Shown here: one piece after another, positions 11,401 to 19,238 of the stretch | How the letters are laid out: every line of letters begins with the position of its first letter | Numbering within the stretch: the stretch's first letter is position 1 | Translations under genes and position numbers: made by a program | From: a virus | DNA length: 64,000 bases | IMG/VR virus record: IMGVR_UViG_3300026488_000015 | Location: 32,001-96,000 of that record | Strand: one strand, 5' to 3' | The notes under the pieces: generated by a model | What the model was told of the DNA's origin: nothing | What the model saw: only the letters and a program-made list of their open reading frames with translations | Database searches by the model: none

Positions 11401-12355
11401 TTGAATAGATAGCTCCGTTTTTGTAAACGATGTCACCATCAGCTAATGTTGCTACTTCTGTACTATGTACTTGAAATAATGATTTTTCAGGAATAACTCT
11501 TTCGCTAATATTAACAACGATGTAATCTGTGCTTACTGCTCTACCAATTTTGATAGCGTTAGGTGCTTCATAACCATTGTAGTCGAATTTCTTGTAATCA
11601 CCTGAAACTGAATCAGATAAAAAGTAATCTTTTCCTACTTCTAAATCGTTATTAACAACTTTAACAAGACCATCATAAACGATGTAATGCTTAGTACCGT
11701 AAGATTTATAGAAACCTACAAGTCTATTTTCATCATCTTCAGAATTCTTTGCTTTCTCGTACTTTGTACCAGTGAAGTAAACTAAATCAGAATCATCGAT
11801 GTCGCCTTTTTGATTATCAGGGAATTCATAAGAACCTTGTTCAATAACTCTGTCTTCATCAACTTCTACTAAAATATGTGTAGGTGTTAGTGCTTTACCT
11901 ATTCTGATAGCACCTGGAAAAGGTTTATCATCAGAAAAACTCATAACTCCACCTAAAGTAGTGTCGCTTAAGTATTGGAATTGACCAACATTAAAGTTTG
12001 AACCTTCAATTTCTACTGCACCAGCAAAGATTAAGTACCAAGAACCTTCGTAGTTCTTAACTACACCAAAAGGTTTGTCTTTTCTGTAAGTATTGTTTGT
12101 TTCTGTATTGAAGATTGCTTTACCGTAGATGTATTCTCCGGCAACAAGTGGATTTTCGTAACGATATACTACATCTCCATCTTCTACTGAATTAATACCA
12201 CCTTCAAGGTCGATGTCAGCTAATGGAATTGTACTATTTGTGTACTCATAGTTATCAAGTTTAGTTACTAGTTGTTTAAGTGGACGATTAGCTACTTCAG
12301 GAGTTCCTCTTTCGCTTTCGTGTATCCAGTCTATTTCATTATATAAAGTTCCCAT
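5465..12355 (-). CDS. Giant mosaic tail fibre / receptor-binding protein (2296 aa)
   Basis: Five N-terminal ~115-aa G.V...G..YYLS repeats, a pyocin-knob-like segment (GTQVAY...IWVRQ..GVW..W), duplicated beta-rich blocks, C-terminal ARYADVAENY...GVVSTDPA.LMN...ALKGKIPC chaperone-type domain. Confidence 0.85.
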   Translation of the reverse strand: MGTLYNEIDWIHESERGTPEVANRPLKQLVTKLDNYEYTNSTIPLADIDLEGGINSVEDGDVVYRYENPLVAGEYIYGKAIFNTETNNTYRKDKPFGVVKNYEGSWYLIFAGAVEIEGSNFNVGQFQYLSDTTLGGVMSFSDDKPFPGAIRIGKALTPTHILVEVDEDRVIEQGSYEFPDNQKGDIDDSDLVYFTGTKYEKAKNSEDDENRLVGFYKSYGTKHYIVYDGLVKVVNNDLEVGKDYFLSDSVSGDYKKFDYNGYEAPNAIKIGRAVSTDYIVVNISERVIPEKSLFQVHSTEVATLADGDIVYKNGAIYSKAISDTDDASEVVGIYKLYEGKHYIVYAGLVELSGIVAGQDYYLSDTVEGVYKTYDDLTPPQSMKIGRGIDAGVLLLDIQRHEYHENGVYEFASSKVGTISDSDFVFFDVDTGKYEKGFNSGVNEEVIAGMYKIYDSRHYIVYDGYVRVTNTTLVPGKQYYLSTDELDKGKVQLEYTEVSVSVGIAVDAQHLIVSVDRNKASATFFSLPVVSSEIGDIVNFDIVYKELDTGLYEKALSDGSETGNAVGFYMNMGLQHYIIFAGALEFTPARLDSMFGVGERFEVGSIYYIDATVKGGITLDKFPGAVKAGIAVTDTLFAIDIDNPASDGVIPEALEYEFFLQQSPFSKCYVETFERPYTALTTGSVVYVARETAYLAQNEGDIIGTNESIFGPDNTDLYDMVYPYINDNNNGAYYDVQYSFDSSDGTDGIWYDGKHQQHIITDPAQDNMWFRFVRNDTALRPEHDAAYLYSYGILYDEDGISGMSTGRMREYYEVPEDVEKGEIITVPNQRKYTNDRKSLDVYLNGLILRENDDYIEVDERRVRFVDTMEEGWIIEFREYYGYVDVSAENSLRLHNLEIDVGDKEDIIMYSPAFQEGVNGDSLVKSININEVEKGDYRELTVQHTEDIDPNQGEIAKDIITALNVHDLEIGNIYELTTTGIDVVSSINEHDFEIGDLATMTTTYYDDNTPAEDLVRAHNIHDAEIGRISKLQETTDSGDDFSERFVAQNLVDGLIEIDSHMVTTDEHELISGLKEFNDETPIRTISGTQEELLSKWNLDGYKENKRHETYTGNLDAIVRNSVYNIDKGSVTNEPDDLGAWAFVVTMMHTNSDTYGTQVAYAMNDASNNIWVRQKIAGVWRVWTKTLRDNKSNELVAEDSHGNFIWSMTSPDDDIEVTYDAHDDFRYLLDAVNISETINATNITRATAVSGDIVSTTTVNDIVSTITSSGNYTETIITDNFLYDVKAKGDLVIRLQSDTDNVDESDNVAIEMSQDGGLVYFKQGIDGNNTSYIDVQDGSTEGTLEFRSTLDSSNYNSGSLAIKGGVGIARRLNVGGDVDFAKTLDVTGATRLLSTLAVTGATTLNNTLYVLGNTTLGNAVTDTTRIRGTVTLSDNGKLTRVEGTLDVDEATKLKSSLYVLGTTTLGDSSADITRIRGTVTLSDTGRATVINGSLDVAQSVSFGSNLTVTGNGTFNGNNILGNSTSDTLTINATTTVTADMRFTDNDHLYFGSGKDLDIYHDGSNSFIEDQGTGSMYIRSTSGDLYLRTSTTENAIWCDQNEGVHLYYNGSQRFETTSTGATVNGKMTISDVSASASPSLYISHKVDVSDSYGIVLEMDGEGKGVSGSDVLMDLRANTSASLTTSANTRFRVYGDGALDTKGDINITKNRPWITLDSSSEGTIEQSAGITLGESAGASISMTYTGDGYGHIGMGSLSTTTGIPAYEAMRIFYTNNNTDFLSILDASSTTVAGARFRGGVAIAKKLYVGTSVYAPIYYDSDITGYYGNFAGTSRMNHINLTSLLVYNDTTLGDSTGDALTIKATTTVQADMRFDDNKHLYLGNSSDLDIYHSGSHSYIEEQGTGNLYIQSTGGDLILRNSSSENAIWCDQNAGVHLYNNGVEKLATNSSGVTVEGTVQFNSSGEGIYWSSVTDTASIKFITTTDSASNNRLEFRTGDNGNENFAWVTKSGSSADITRMSLNSGSLYVQSNLSVSGNTTLGNATTDTTRIRGVVTLSDNGKNTKIEGTLQVDEYATFSNRVKAVTYARHNHHTGHLEGSYNNVGGNSLKSNPIYTIGSSYNPSDASLGNMYGIGFTDASASFIGSQTGAGWGMYVASDGDARIFLNGSNGKAYLTATSARYADVAENYFSDEVQVPGTVMGIGGDNEITMYEEGMKLAGVVSTDPALLMNNTDEIAENELYLAIALKGKIPCFVTEAKKGQYLLAGKDGKGYGVDDYDFNESKRLIGICLEDSIDGTVTVKV

Positions 12356-12382
12356 ATTAGTCCTACATTGTGAATTTATATG

Positions 12383-12390
12383 TATTTATA
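12383..12390 (-). promoter_or_regulatory. T4-type late promoter TATAAATA
   Basis: Exact consensus ~30 nt upstream of the fibre gene; exact copies also at 16132, 21315, 24058, 24869, 26857, 38247, 40818, 42569, 49898, 50257, 54691. Confidence 0.75.
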
Positions 12391-12412
12391 TAATGAATAC
12401 CTCTCTGTAATA

Positions 12413-15400
12413 TTATACAGTAAAGTGTCTTAAATCTAACTGAATGGCTCCAGTTCTTTTTAAGAAAGATTGCCCTATTTGAACGATGTTATCAAATTTA
12501 TCAGTCTCCCTAACAAAAACGATTTCATCTGTGAAAGCAACATCATTGTGGTAAGTATATAAATCTGTATCAATTTTATTAGGTTGGTAGTAAATACATT
12601 TAGTTTCTCCACCAGTAACAGTAAAACTGTTTGGAAGTACTGGTTCAGCACCATAATATCCGATTGTGATAACATCATCTTCATTTATATAAACTGAATT
12701 TACGCTAATCATTTCTGCAGGTACTATATCTGTATTTCTTGTGTACAAATCAAAAACTCTGAACTCATTTTTTCTGAATTGCTTAATGTGTAAATCTCTA
12801 CCATTAGCATAGATGAAATATTCACCTGATTCTGAAATAGTAATAGCTGTATAATCTACAATTCTATCAGTCGAAAGCACATCGTTAGATAACTTCCCTA
12901 GAGAATCAATAGTTGTATCAGTTATATTGTCTAAATCACTCACATCGTAAGCTTTGACCTCTGCGTTGATACTTCCTACATATAAAGTACCATTATAAGC
13001 TAATGTAGTACCAAAATCTTTACTAACTTCTACACCATCAATATATCTTAATGTATTCAAACCTGAAGTGCTCTCATTCCATTGTTCATTTTCTCTTTGA
13101 AAAATTACAACTCTACCTATATTATTAAGAATAGTTCCATTATCATCACCGTTATATCCTGGGATACCAACTGCTACTTTGTCGTTTCCAAGAATTTTAA
13201 CACTCATACCAATACCATCCCAAGGTAGAATACTTTCATCAGCATTACCAAATAGGTATTTGTCTGTAAGTTGAGATTTAACTTCCTTATCTAGTATTTC
13301 TGCCCATAAAACAAATTCAGTACCATCGAACTCGAATGTACTGATGCTGTTATAGTTTGGTGTATAAGTACCACCTTGTCCTACTACAATTAGTTGCCCA
13401 TTGTCTGAAATTGTAACACTTGTACCAAATTTCTCATAAGCAGAATCCGATTTAGGTGAAACTAGTGTATCAATAAGAGTCCAAGTTTTCTTTGTCTCAT
13501 CAAAATCAAATACGAAAGCAACACCACGACCTATACCGAATGATGTATCTGCTCCGTTTGGTGCTGTGATAACGATTCTCTTAATATCTTTTGCTCTAGC
13601 AATACTATACCCGAACCAGTTACCTTGTGCTCCCGGGTTTTGAATCTCTTTGTCTAATATATAGAATGGTGCTTCTTCAAAATCAATACTTGCAAGTACT
13701 TTGTCTTCTGGATTAGCATATACAGAACCTACAGTTTTTACGATAGGCGAACGATAATCGAAATCATTTGAATCAACAGCAAAATGTTTTAAGTAATTTA
13801 CCGAATTGTGGTCACGCTTGATTTTAAGATTCAAGTGCTCAGTATCTTCATCTTGTACTTGTGGAAATTTAGCTAATGAACTCATAAACATATTACTATA
13901 TTTCTTAGCATTTGTAGCAGTAACATCTGAATAGCTAAACATTTTTCTGTCTTGTACTAGTGTACTACCTTGTTTATAATCTAAGATTCCATTATACATA
14001 ATATCATAAATGTAACCTTTTTCTGTGTCTAAAATGAAACCGTTTCTATTTTCTTGTACTGTAAGACCAGTAACTTCAGTCCAAGTAAAACCATAATCAT
14101 TACTCTTAATAACCTTAAGGCCTGCTGAATAAATGTAGTTAAAAACAATAAATTGTTTATGTCCTTCTACGGTATGAGAAGCATTTTCTTTTCTGTTGAT
14201 ATTGTTTACTTCGATTGTAACACTATCTTTGTACCAATTATGTACTGGTTTCTTTGTTTCATTTGTAGAATTAACAAAAACCCAAAAACCACCACCAGGT
14301 ACGATTACTGTGTTATCTGTATCTCTATAAGTACCATCATATAAATTTGTACTGTTGTCAAGTGTATCAGCACCTAAGAAAGTTCTATGAATACCCATAA
14401 ATTCTAGCACACTTAATTCTGTATTACTTAAAAGCACATCGTAATTTGAATTGTTAGTAATTATATATTTTTGATTATCACTTGATAATTCTACTGTGCA
14501 TTCTTTAGATAAGTTAGTACCCGTTGGGAATAATGTAACATCTCCAAATACTTCATTAACGAATAGTGTTCCGTTAGCAGGTCTGATACTATTAGTTATT
14601 ACTAAGAAATTATAAACTCTAGGAGGTAAAGAAAAACTAGGGACATCATTAGTGCTTGTTGGTACTGTATAGATTTTATTGAAAGTACCAGTATCAACGA
14701 TGCTATAAATTTCAAAATTTACTCCATTATCATCTGTTAAATAAGCTTTCTGGTTACCTTGTAATTTTCCAGGTAAATCTAGTAAAGATAATCTACCACT
14801 AATATTGAATGAGAATGATGGTGCACCAAGATAAAATTCGTGACCTTCTGCAATTGGGTCGAATCTCGATACTGTAACATCATAAATCGTACAATCTTTA
14901 TTTGCACTATATCCTCTAAGGTCATTGTCTTCGATTTTCTTAGCTAAGTATTCTGTTGGATTGCTTAATTTTGGAGAATACATTCTAAAATCTGTAATAT
15001 CTCTATCATCGATAGTCCTAGATTTCTGAACTAAATCAGAATAATCGTGATATCCTAATGGTTGATTTTTTTTATCTGCTTCGTTATTGAAAGCAGTAAC
15101 TGTACCACCCCATAATCCCCAAGCGTCTAAAGGTGTTTCTGAACCACTTCTTTGGTACCATTCACCTGAAACTGATTTTTTAGAACCTTTGTTATTGAAA
15201 TTAACATCATAAAGTGCATTATTTCTTCTTTGTACTTCAAAAAGAGTTATGTAATTTTCATTTGCTTTTTGTACGAGTCCTTTATCTGTAGCGTGTGGAG
15301 TGTATCCAAACTCAGCTACAAAATCTGAACCTGAAGCGAATCTTGTTTCAACGATAAATTTGTATTGCGTTTGAATCACTTCATCTTGCTCAACACGGAT

Positions 15401-16102
15401 ATTATTTGTACCAGTATAGAATGCAACTCTATCTTCATCGCTCATATCAGCATATACGATAGCAGGAGTATTCATATCCCCATTCATATATACATTACCA
15501 TCACCTTTAGTAATATTAACATCATTTACCTTAATAAGAACTAAATCTTGAAAAGTAGCTTCAGGTAATTCAATAATATCTCCAGCGGCAACGATATTTT
15601 CTAATAAATCACCAATCTGTACATCACGCATAATAGTATAGATTTTACCCGATTCAGGTGCTGTGTCATTTGTTTTTAGGACTAAATAGTTACCTGCAGT
15701 GTGAGGACCATCAAGGTTATCAAGTCTTGATACTATATCGATTTCAATATCGCTAACCATTTCTAAAGGACGACTCAATTCGATTTTATCTCCAGCGGCA
15801 CAAAAACATTGTACACCATTGTAGTTGAAACTGAAATCTTTTTTGATTCCAATAGTGTCTTTTACTGTAAAATCTAGTAAATCTGCGATAAGAATTTCAT
15901 CGATAAAACCAGTATGAGTCATTTTCTCTTTGAAAAGCTCTCTACGAAAATTGAACTCGTTAGAATCTATGAAAGAATGTTTTAGGTTGATGTCGTATAA
16001 AGGTCTATTTGTAATATACTCTTCTGAATTTTCGCCATTTGCTATCCATCGTGGTTCTGCATTGTTTGTATTAATATCTGTTGCGTTTTCTTTAGTGAAC
16101 AT
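12413..16102 (-). CDS. Tail/baseplate-associated protein with C-terminal FG-GAP beta-propeller repeats
   Basis: WFGYSIA..IVITAP...GVAFVF, KFGTSVTISDNGQLIVVG, GIGMSV..VAVGIP; N-terminal TNRPLYDI resembles ANRPLKQL of the giant fibre. Confidence 0.65.
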   Translation of the reverse strand: MFTKENATDINTNNAEPRWIANGENSEEYITNRPLYDINLKHSFIDSNEFNFRRELFKEKMTHTGFIDEILIADLLDFTVKDTIGIKKDFSFNYNGVQCFCAAGDKIELSRPLEMVSDIEIDIVSRLDNLDGPHTAGNYLVLKTNDTAPESGKIYTIMRDVQIGDLLENIVAAGDIIELPEATFQDLVLIKVNDVNITKGDGNVYMNGDMNTPAIVYADMSDEDRVAFYTGTNNIRVEQDEVIQTQYKFIVETRFASGSDFVAEFGYTPHATDKGLVQKANENYITLFEVQRRNNALYDVNFNNKGSKKSVSGEWYQRSGSETPLDAWGLWGGTVTAFNNEADKKNQPLGYHDYSDLVQKSRTIDDRDITDFRMYSPKLSNPTEYLAKKIEDNDLRGYSANKDCTIYDVTVSRFDPIAEGHEFYLGAPSFSFNISGRLSLLDLPGKLQGNQKAYLTDDNGVNFEIYSIVDTGTFNKIYTVPTSTNDVPSFSLPPRVYNFLVITNSIRPANGTLFVNEVFGDVTLFPTGTNLSKECTVELSSDNQKYIITNNSNYDVLLSNTELSVLEFMGIHRTFLGADTLDNSTNLYDGTYRDTDNTVIVPGGGFWVFVNSTNETKKPVHNWYKDSVTIEVNNINRKENASHTVEGHKQFIVFNYIYSAGLKVIKSNDYGFTWTEVTGLTVQENRNGFILDTEKGYIYDIMYNGILDYKQGSTLVQDRKMFSYSDVTATNAKKYSNMFMSSLAKFPQVQDEDTEHLNLKIKRDHNSVNYLKHFAVDSNDFDYRSPIVKTVGSVYANPEDKVLASIDFEEAPFYILDKEIQNPGAQGNWFGYSIARAKDIKRIVITAPNGADTSFGIGRGVAFVFDFDETKKTWTLIDTLVSPKSDSAYEKFGTSVTISDNGQLIVVGQGGTYTPNYNSISTFEFDGTEFVLWAEILDKEVKSQLTDKYLFGNADESILPWDGIGMSVKILGNDKVAVGIPGYNGDDNGTILNNIGRVVIFQRENEQWNESTSGLNTLRYIDGVEVSKDFGTTLAYNGTLYVGSINAEVKAYDVSDLDNITDTTIDSLGKLSNDVLSTDRIVDYTAITISESGEYFIYANGRDLHIKQFRKNEFRVFDLYTRNTDIVPAEMISVNSVYINEDDVITIGYYGAEPVLPNSFTVTGGETKCIYYQPNKIDTDLYTYHNDVAFTDEIVFVRETDKFDNIVQIGQSFLKRTGAIQLDLRHFTV

Positions 16103-16147
16103 TTATGATATCCTCTTTATGAATTTACTATTATTTATAAAGAGAAT

Positions 16148-16181
16148 GAGGTTAGAAAGGAGTTAGAAAGGAGTTAGAAAG
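16148..16181. repeat. Short tandem repeat, GTTAGAAAG x3 at 11-bp period
   Basis: gaggttagaaag gagttagaaag gagttagaaag; last copy contains the stop codon of 16174-17274. Confidence 0.7.
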
Positions 16182-17274
16182 TTATTACCCAAGTGATAAC
16201 ATATTCAAGTGAGTTATCTTTTGTTCTAGCGGGAAAAGTTTTCATACTAAATATTTGGTCATCACAATAAAGTGCTGCTTCTGTGTATGCAACAACACCA
16301 CCACCTTCATCGTTACCTTGAGTCTGTGGTATAGTAACTTTATAAGTCACTTTATTATTTTCAGCAATAACATTGATATTTACACCTGAAGATATAGGTG
16401 CTACCGGTAAACCGATAAATGATTGGATACCTTCAATTTTATGCGATTTAGTCGTACCGTCTGCTGCTAGTATAATCGTTTCGTGTATTGTAGGGTGTGT
16501 CATAAGCGTATTATCAGTACTATCAAAATCTACTACGAAAGTATGCCCCAATGTAACATCTGTATAAGGCTCTAAAGTATTATACTGAATATCGTATAAT
16601 CCACCATCTTTAGGTATAATTGTATTACCTAATTTAGTAAACTCTTTTATATCACCTGAAGCCAAAGTAACGACATATACCACATTATTTTCTAATGTTA
16701 CTGGATAATTGTTGGCATTTGTTAAAATACTCACGCCATCAAATAAGAAACCTAAATCTCTGATAACATCGACAAACTTTTTACTTTGTTCTATTGTTTC
16801 GTACCCATTTGAGTTGATAACATAAGTCCCACCTGCTACTATCTCAGCACTTTCAATTTTCTTGAATTCCTTAACCTTACCATCTAGCATAATGAGACTA
16901 TAAGAAATAGTATGCTTAAGAACTACTGAAGCAGCAGTAGGATTTGTTAGGGTATCAGTACCATCAAAAGTAAGACCTAAATCTGTTACATTTTTAATAT
17001 CTTGGTGCGATTCAGAAAAAAGATTTGTTCTTGTATTTTCAAAATCTTTAGGGTCAAGGATAGAGCTCTTCCAACCCATATCACCTAAGATGAATCTGTT
17101 AATAGGTGAAGTAGTATTCACTTTACCTGACATATTTCTAGCCATTGCTGTTCTAGCACTAACCATAATCTTATTTTTCTCTTCATAGGTATCTATGATG
17201 ACACCATCTTTAAGAGTATCTACCTTAAATAGACCTTCTATCACTTTTCCATATTCTTCAATTGCTGTTTTCAT
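16174..17274 (-). CDS. Baseplate/fibre-attachment protein (tail-collar-like) with two inserted modules
   Basis: C-terminal YTEAALY...IFSMKTFPARTKD...ITWVITF typical of fibre-collar proteins; next to gp7/gp6. Confidence 0.55.
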   Translation of the reverse strand: MKTAIEEYGKVIEGLFKVDTLKDGVIIDTYEEKNKIMVSARTAMARNMSGKVNTTSPINRFILGDMGWKSSILDPKDFENTRTNLFSESHQDIKNVTDLGLTFDGTDTLTNPTAASVVLKHTISYSLIMLDGKVKEFKKIESAEIVAGGTYVINSNGYETIEQSKKFVDVIRDLGFLFDGVSILTNANNYPVTLENNVVYVVTLASGDIKEFTKLGNTIIPKDGGLYDIQYNTLEPYTDVTLGHTFVVDFDSTDNTLMTHPTIHETIILAADGTTKSHKIEGIQSFIGLPVAPISSGVNINVIAENNKVTYKVTIPQTQGNDEGGGVVAYTEAALYCDDQIFSMKTFPARTKDNSLEYVITWVITF

Positions 17275-17308
17275 TGATTAATCCCTTATAGTATTTCTTA
17301 TTATTTAT

Positions 17309-19228
17309 CTAATCTTGCCAATTAACGACAAAATCTTTTAGCGTAACCATATCTAGGCTAAGTAGATTGGTTCCTTTCATTTCTATCACATAGTTACCAT
17401 CTACCAAACCAGGTACTGTATGCGTGTATTGCCCGTTCGTGACACTCGAAGCAGTGGTGCTGAATATAAGGTCTTGTTCATTCTCGAATGAGTGTTCTAT
17501 ACTCGTTACCTTGATGCTAAGAGGTGTACCGTCTGCGAAGTGAAAAAGTGTACCACTAAAAGTAGTATTACCATTAGCTACATCGACTGAAATATCAATA
17601 TCAAAAATTAAATCTGAATCAATATCTGAATCTGTTTCCATATGATATTCTCTCTCAAGGTATGATGTACCTACACTAGAAGCTCCACCACCATCGATTA
17701 CTACACCATCATCATCTGAATCTAATGCGTGCCCACCATTAGCAAATCTTCTTTTTGTTATAAGCGTACTGTTAATTCCACCATAAACCCAAGAACCATC
17801 GAAATTAAATAAATCGTGTTTATTATCGCCCGTAAATGTAACCAAACCTACTAGACCATCATTAAGATTTTCTTCAATATCTTTAACGACTATTACTCTA
17901 GCAATATGATTACCATATTGTGCACTAACATAATCTTCAGGTGAGATACTTACATCTTTATATTTCTCTAATAAAACAAGCTTAGAAGTATCTTCTATAC
18001 CACTCAAATGATAATAATCAGCATTATCTTCGTATTTGTACACGAAAAAATTATAGTTGTACGAATCTTCTTCACCAAATTTGAATGTATTGAAAAGTCT
18101 CCAATCAGTTTCAAGATTATTATAGTGGATATGTTTATCCCAAAAATCAATGTTGAAATGGTCTTGGTAGTCTGTTACTTCATCAGCTAGTAGAAATTCA
18201 TAATCGTACTCGATTTTTGAATACATTAAACAAGATGAACCACTGAAAGTAGTTACTGGAATTTCGTGGTCATCACCAACATATATGTTAATGTCGCCCG
18301 AATCTACTAATTCTATATAACTAGCTAGTACAATACCATCGATAGTTTGAATTGGAGCATCATCTAACCAAGCTCTGATTGTCGTTACTGTCGTGGCATT
18401 ATAAATTCTAACATCTTCTTCATAACGATAGTTTCCTTCTGCATCTTTAGCTATATCTGTGATAATCTGTTCAGGATTACCTCTACAAGCAATAACAAGT
18501 TCCATATAACGAACTGTTGCTTTTTCAGAATAATTATCTTCAAAGAATGAAGAAATAATAGCCTTATAGATTACTTCAAAACCAACCGGGTGAAGAATTT
18601 TTCTTAGTACTCTATCGAAAATAATACTTGATACACTCGATTCGATACTATATACAAAAGGCTCTTTATCGTATTCTTTAGTATGTTCATTGAATTTACC
18701 TTCGTGCGTTCTAAGGAAGTATTCATTGAATGAAGATAGAATCTTAACAATATTAAGCTCTTTCATAATCCTAAAAGTATAATCATAAGACTTAAATGAA
18801 CCTTTTGTTTGAGAAAGTTCTTTACCAGTCATTACAGTTTCTTCGGTAATGGCTACATCTGTATTGATAAGAGAATCATTTGTTTGGAATTCATCGATTC
18901 CATACATCGCCAATATGTTTGATATTTTTGATGTGATTGTATAATCGTTTATTGATTCCTTAATACCGTCAAAAATATGTCTTAGATATATGCTAGTAAA
19001 ATCGTTTCTTAGAGCTTCAGCATCAACTCCTGCATCTTTTGCTGTTTCTGATTCATTCATTGTCAAGAAATCTAAAATATCATTTGGTCTTGATACTAAT
19101 TCTCGTTTTGAATCCATCGAATCCAAGAACATATTGAACGATTCATATAAGATTGGCGTATCGTGTTTTATGTTATCTGGTATAATCTTATCAAAATACT
19201 CTTTCATCGAATTATGTTTATTTGCCAT
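17309..19228 (-). CDS. Baseplate wedge subunit, gp7-like
   Basis: FVYSIES...LRKILHPVGF motif; follows gp6. Confidence 0.6.
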   Translation of the reverse strand: MANKHNSMKEYFDKIIPDNIKHDTPILYESFNMFLDSMDSKRELVSRPNDILDFLTMNESETAKDAGVDAEALRNDFTSIYLRHIFDGIKESINDYTITSKISNILAMYGIDEFQTNDSLINTDVAITEETVMTGKELSQTKGSFKSYDYTFRIMKELNIVKILSSFNEYFLRTHEGKFNEHTKEYDKEPFVYSIESSVSSIIFDRVLRKILHPVGFEVIYKAIISSFFEDNYSEKATVRYMELVIACRGNPEQIITDIAKDAEGNYRYEEDVRIYNATTVTTIRAWLDDAPIQTIDGIVLASYIELVDSGDINIYVGDDHEIPVTTFSGSSCLMYSKIEYDYEFLLADEVTDYQDHFNIDFWDKHIHYNNLETDWRLFNTFKFGEEDSYNYNFFVYKYEDNADYYHLSGIEDTSKLVLLEKYKDVSISPEDYVSAQYGNHIARVIVVKDIEENLNDGLVGLVTFTGDNKHDLFNFDGSWVYGGINSTLITKRRFANGGHALDSDDDGVVIDGGGASSVGTSYLEREYHMETDSDIDSDLIFDIDISVDVANGNTTFSGTLFHFADGTPLSIKVTSIEHSFENEQDLIFSTTASSVTNGQYTHTVPGLVDGNYVIEMKGTNLLSLDMVTLKDFVVNWQD

Positions 19229-19238
19229 CTAATTCTCC

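Noticed and set aside
16148-16181. 11-bp tandem repeat as an iteron or regulatory array
   Set aside because: Only three copies, apparently slippage duplication of the gene end
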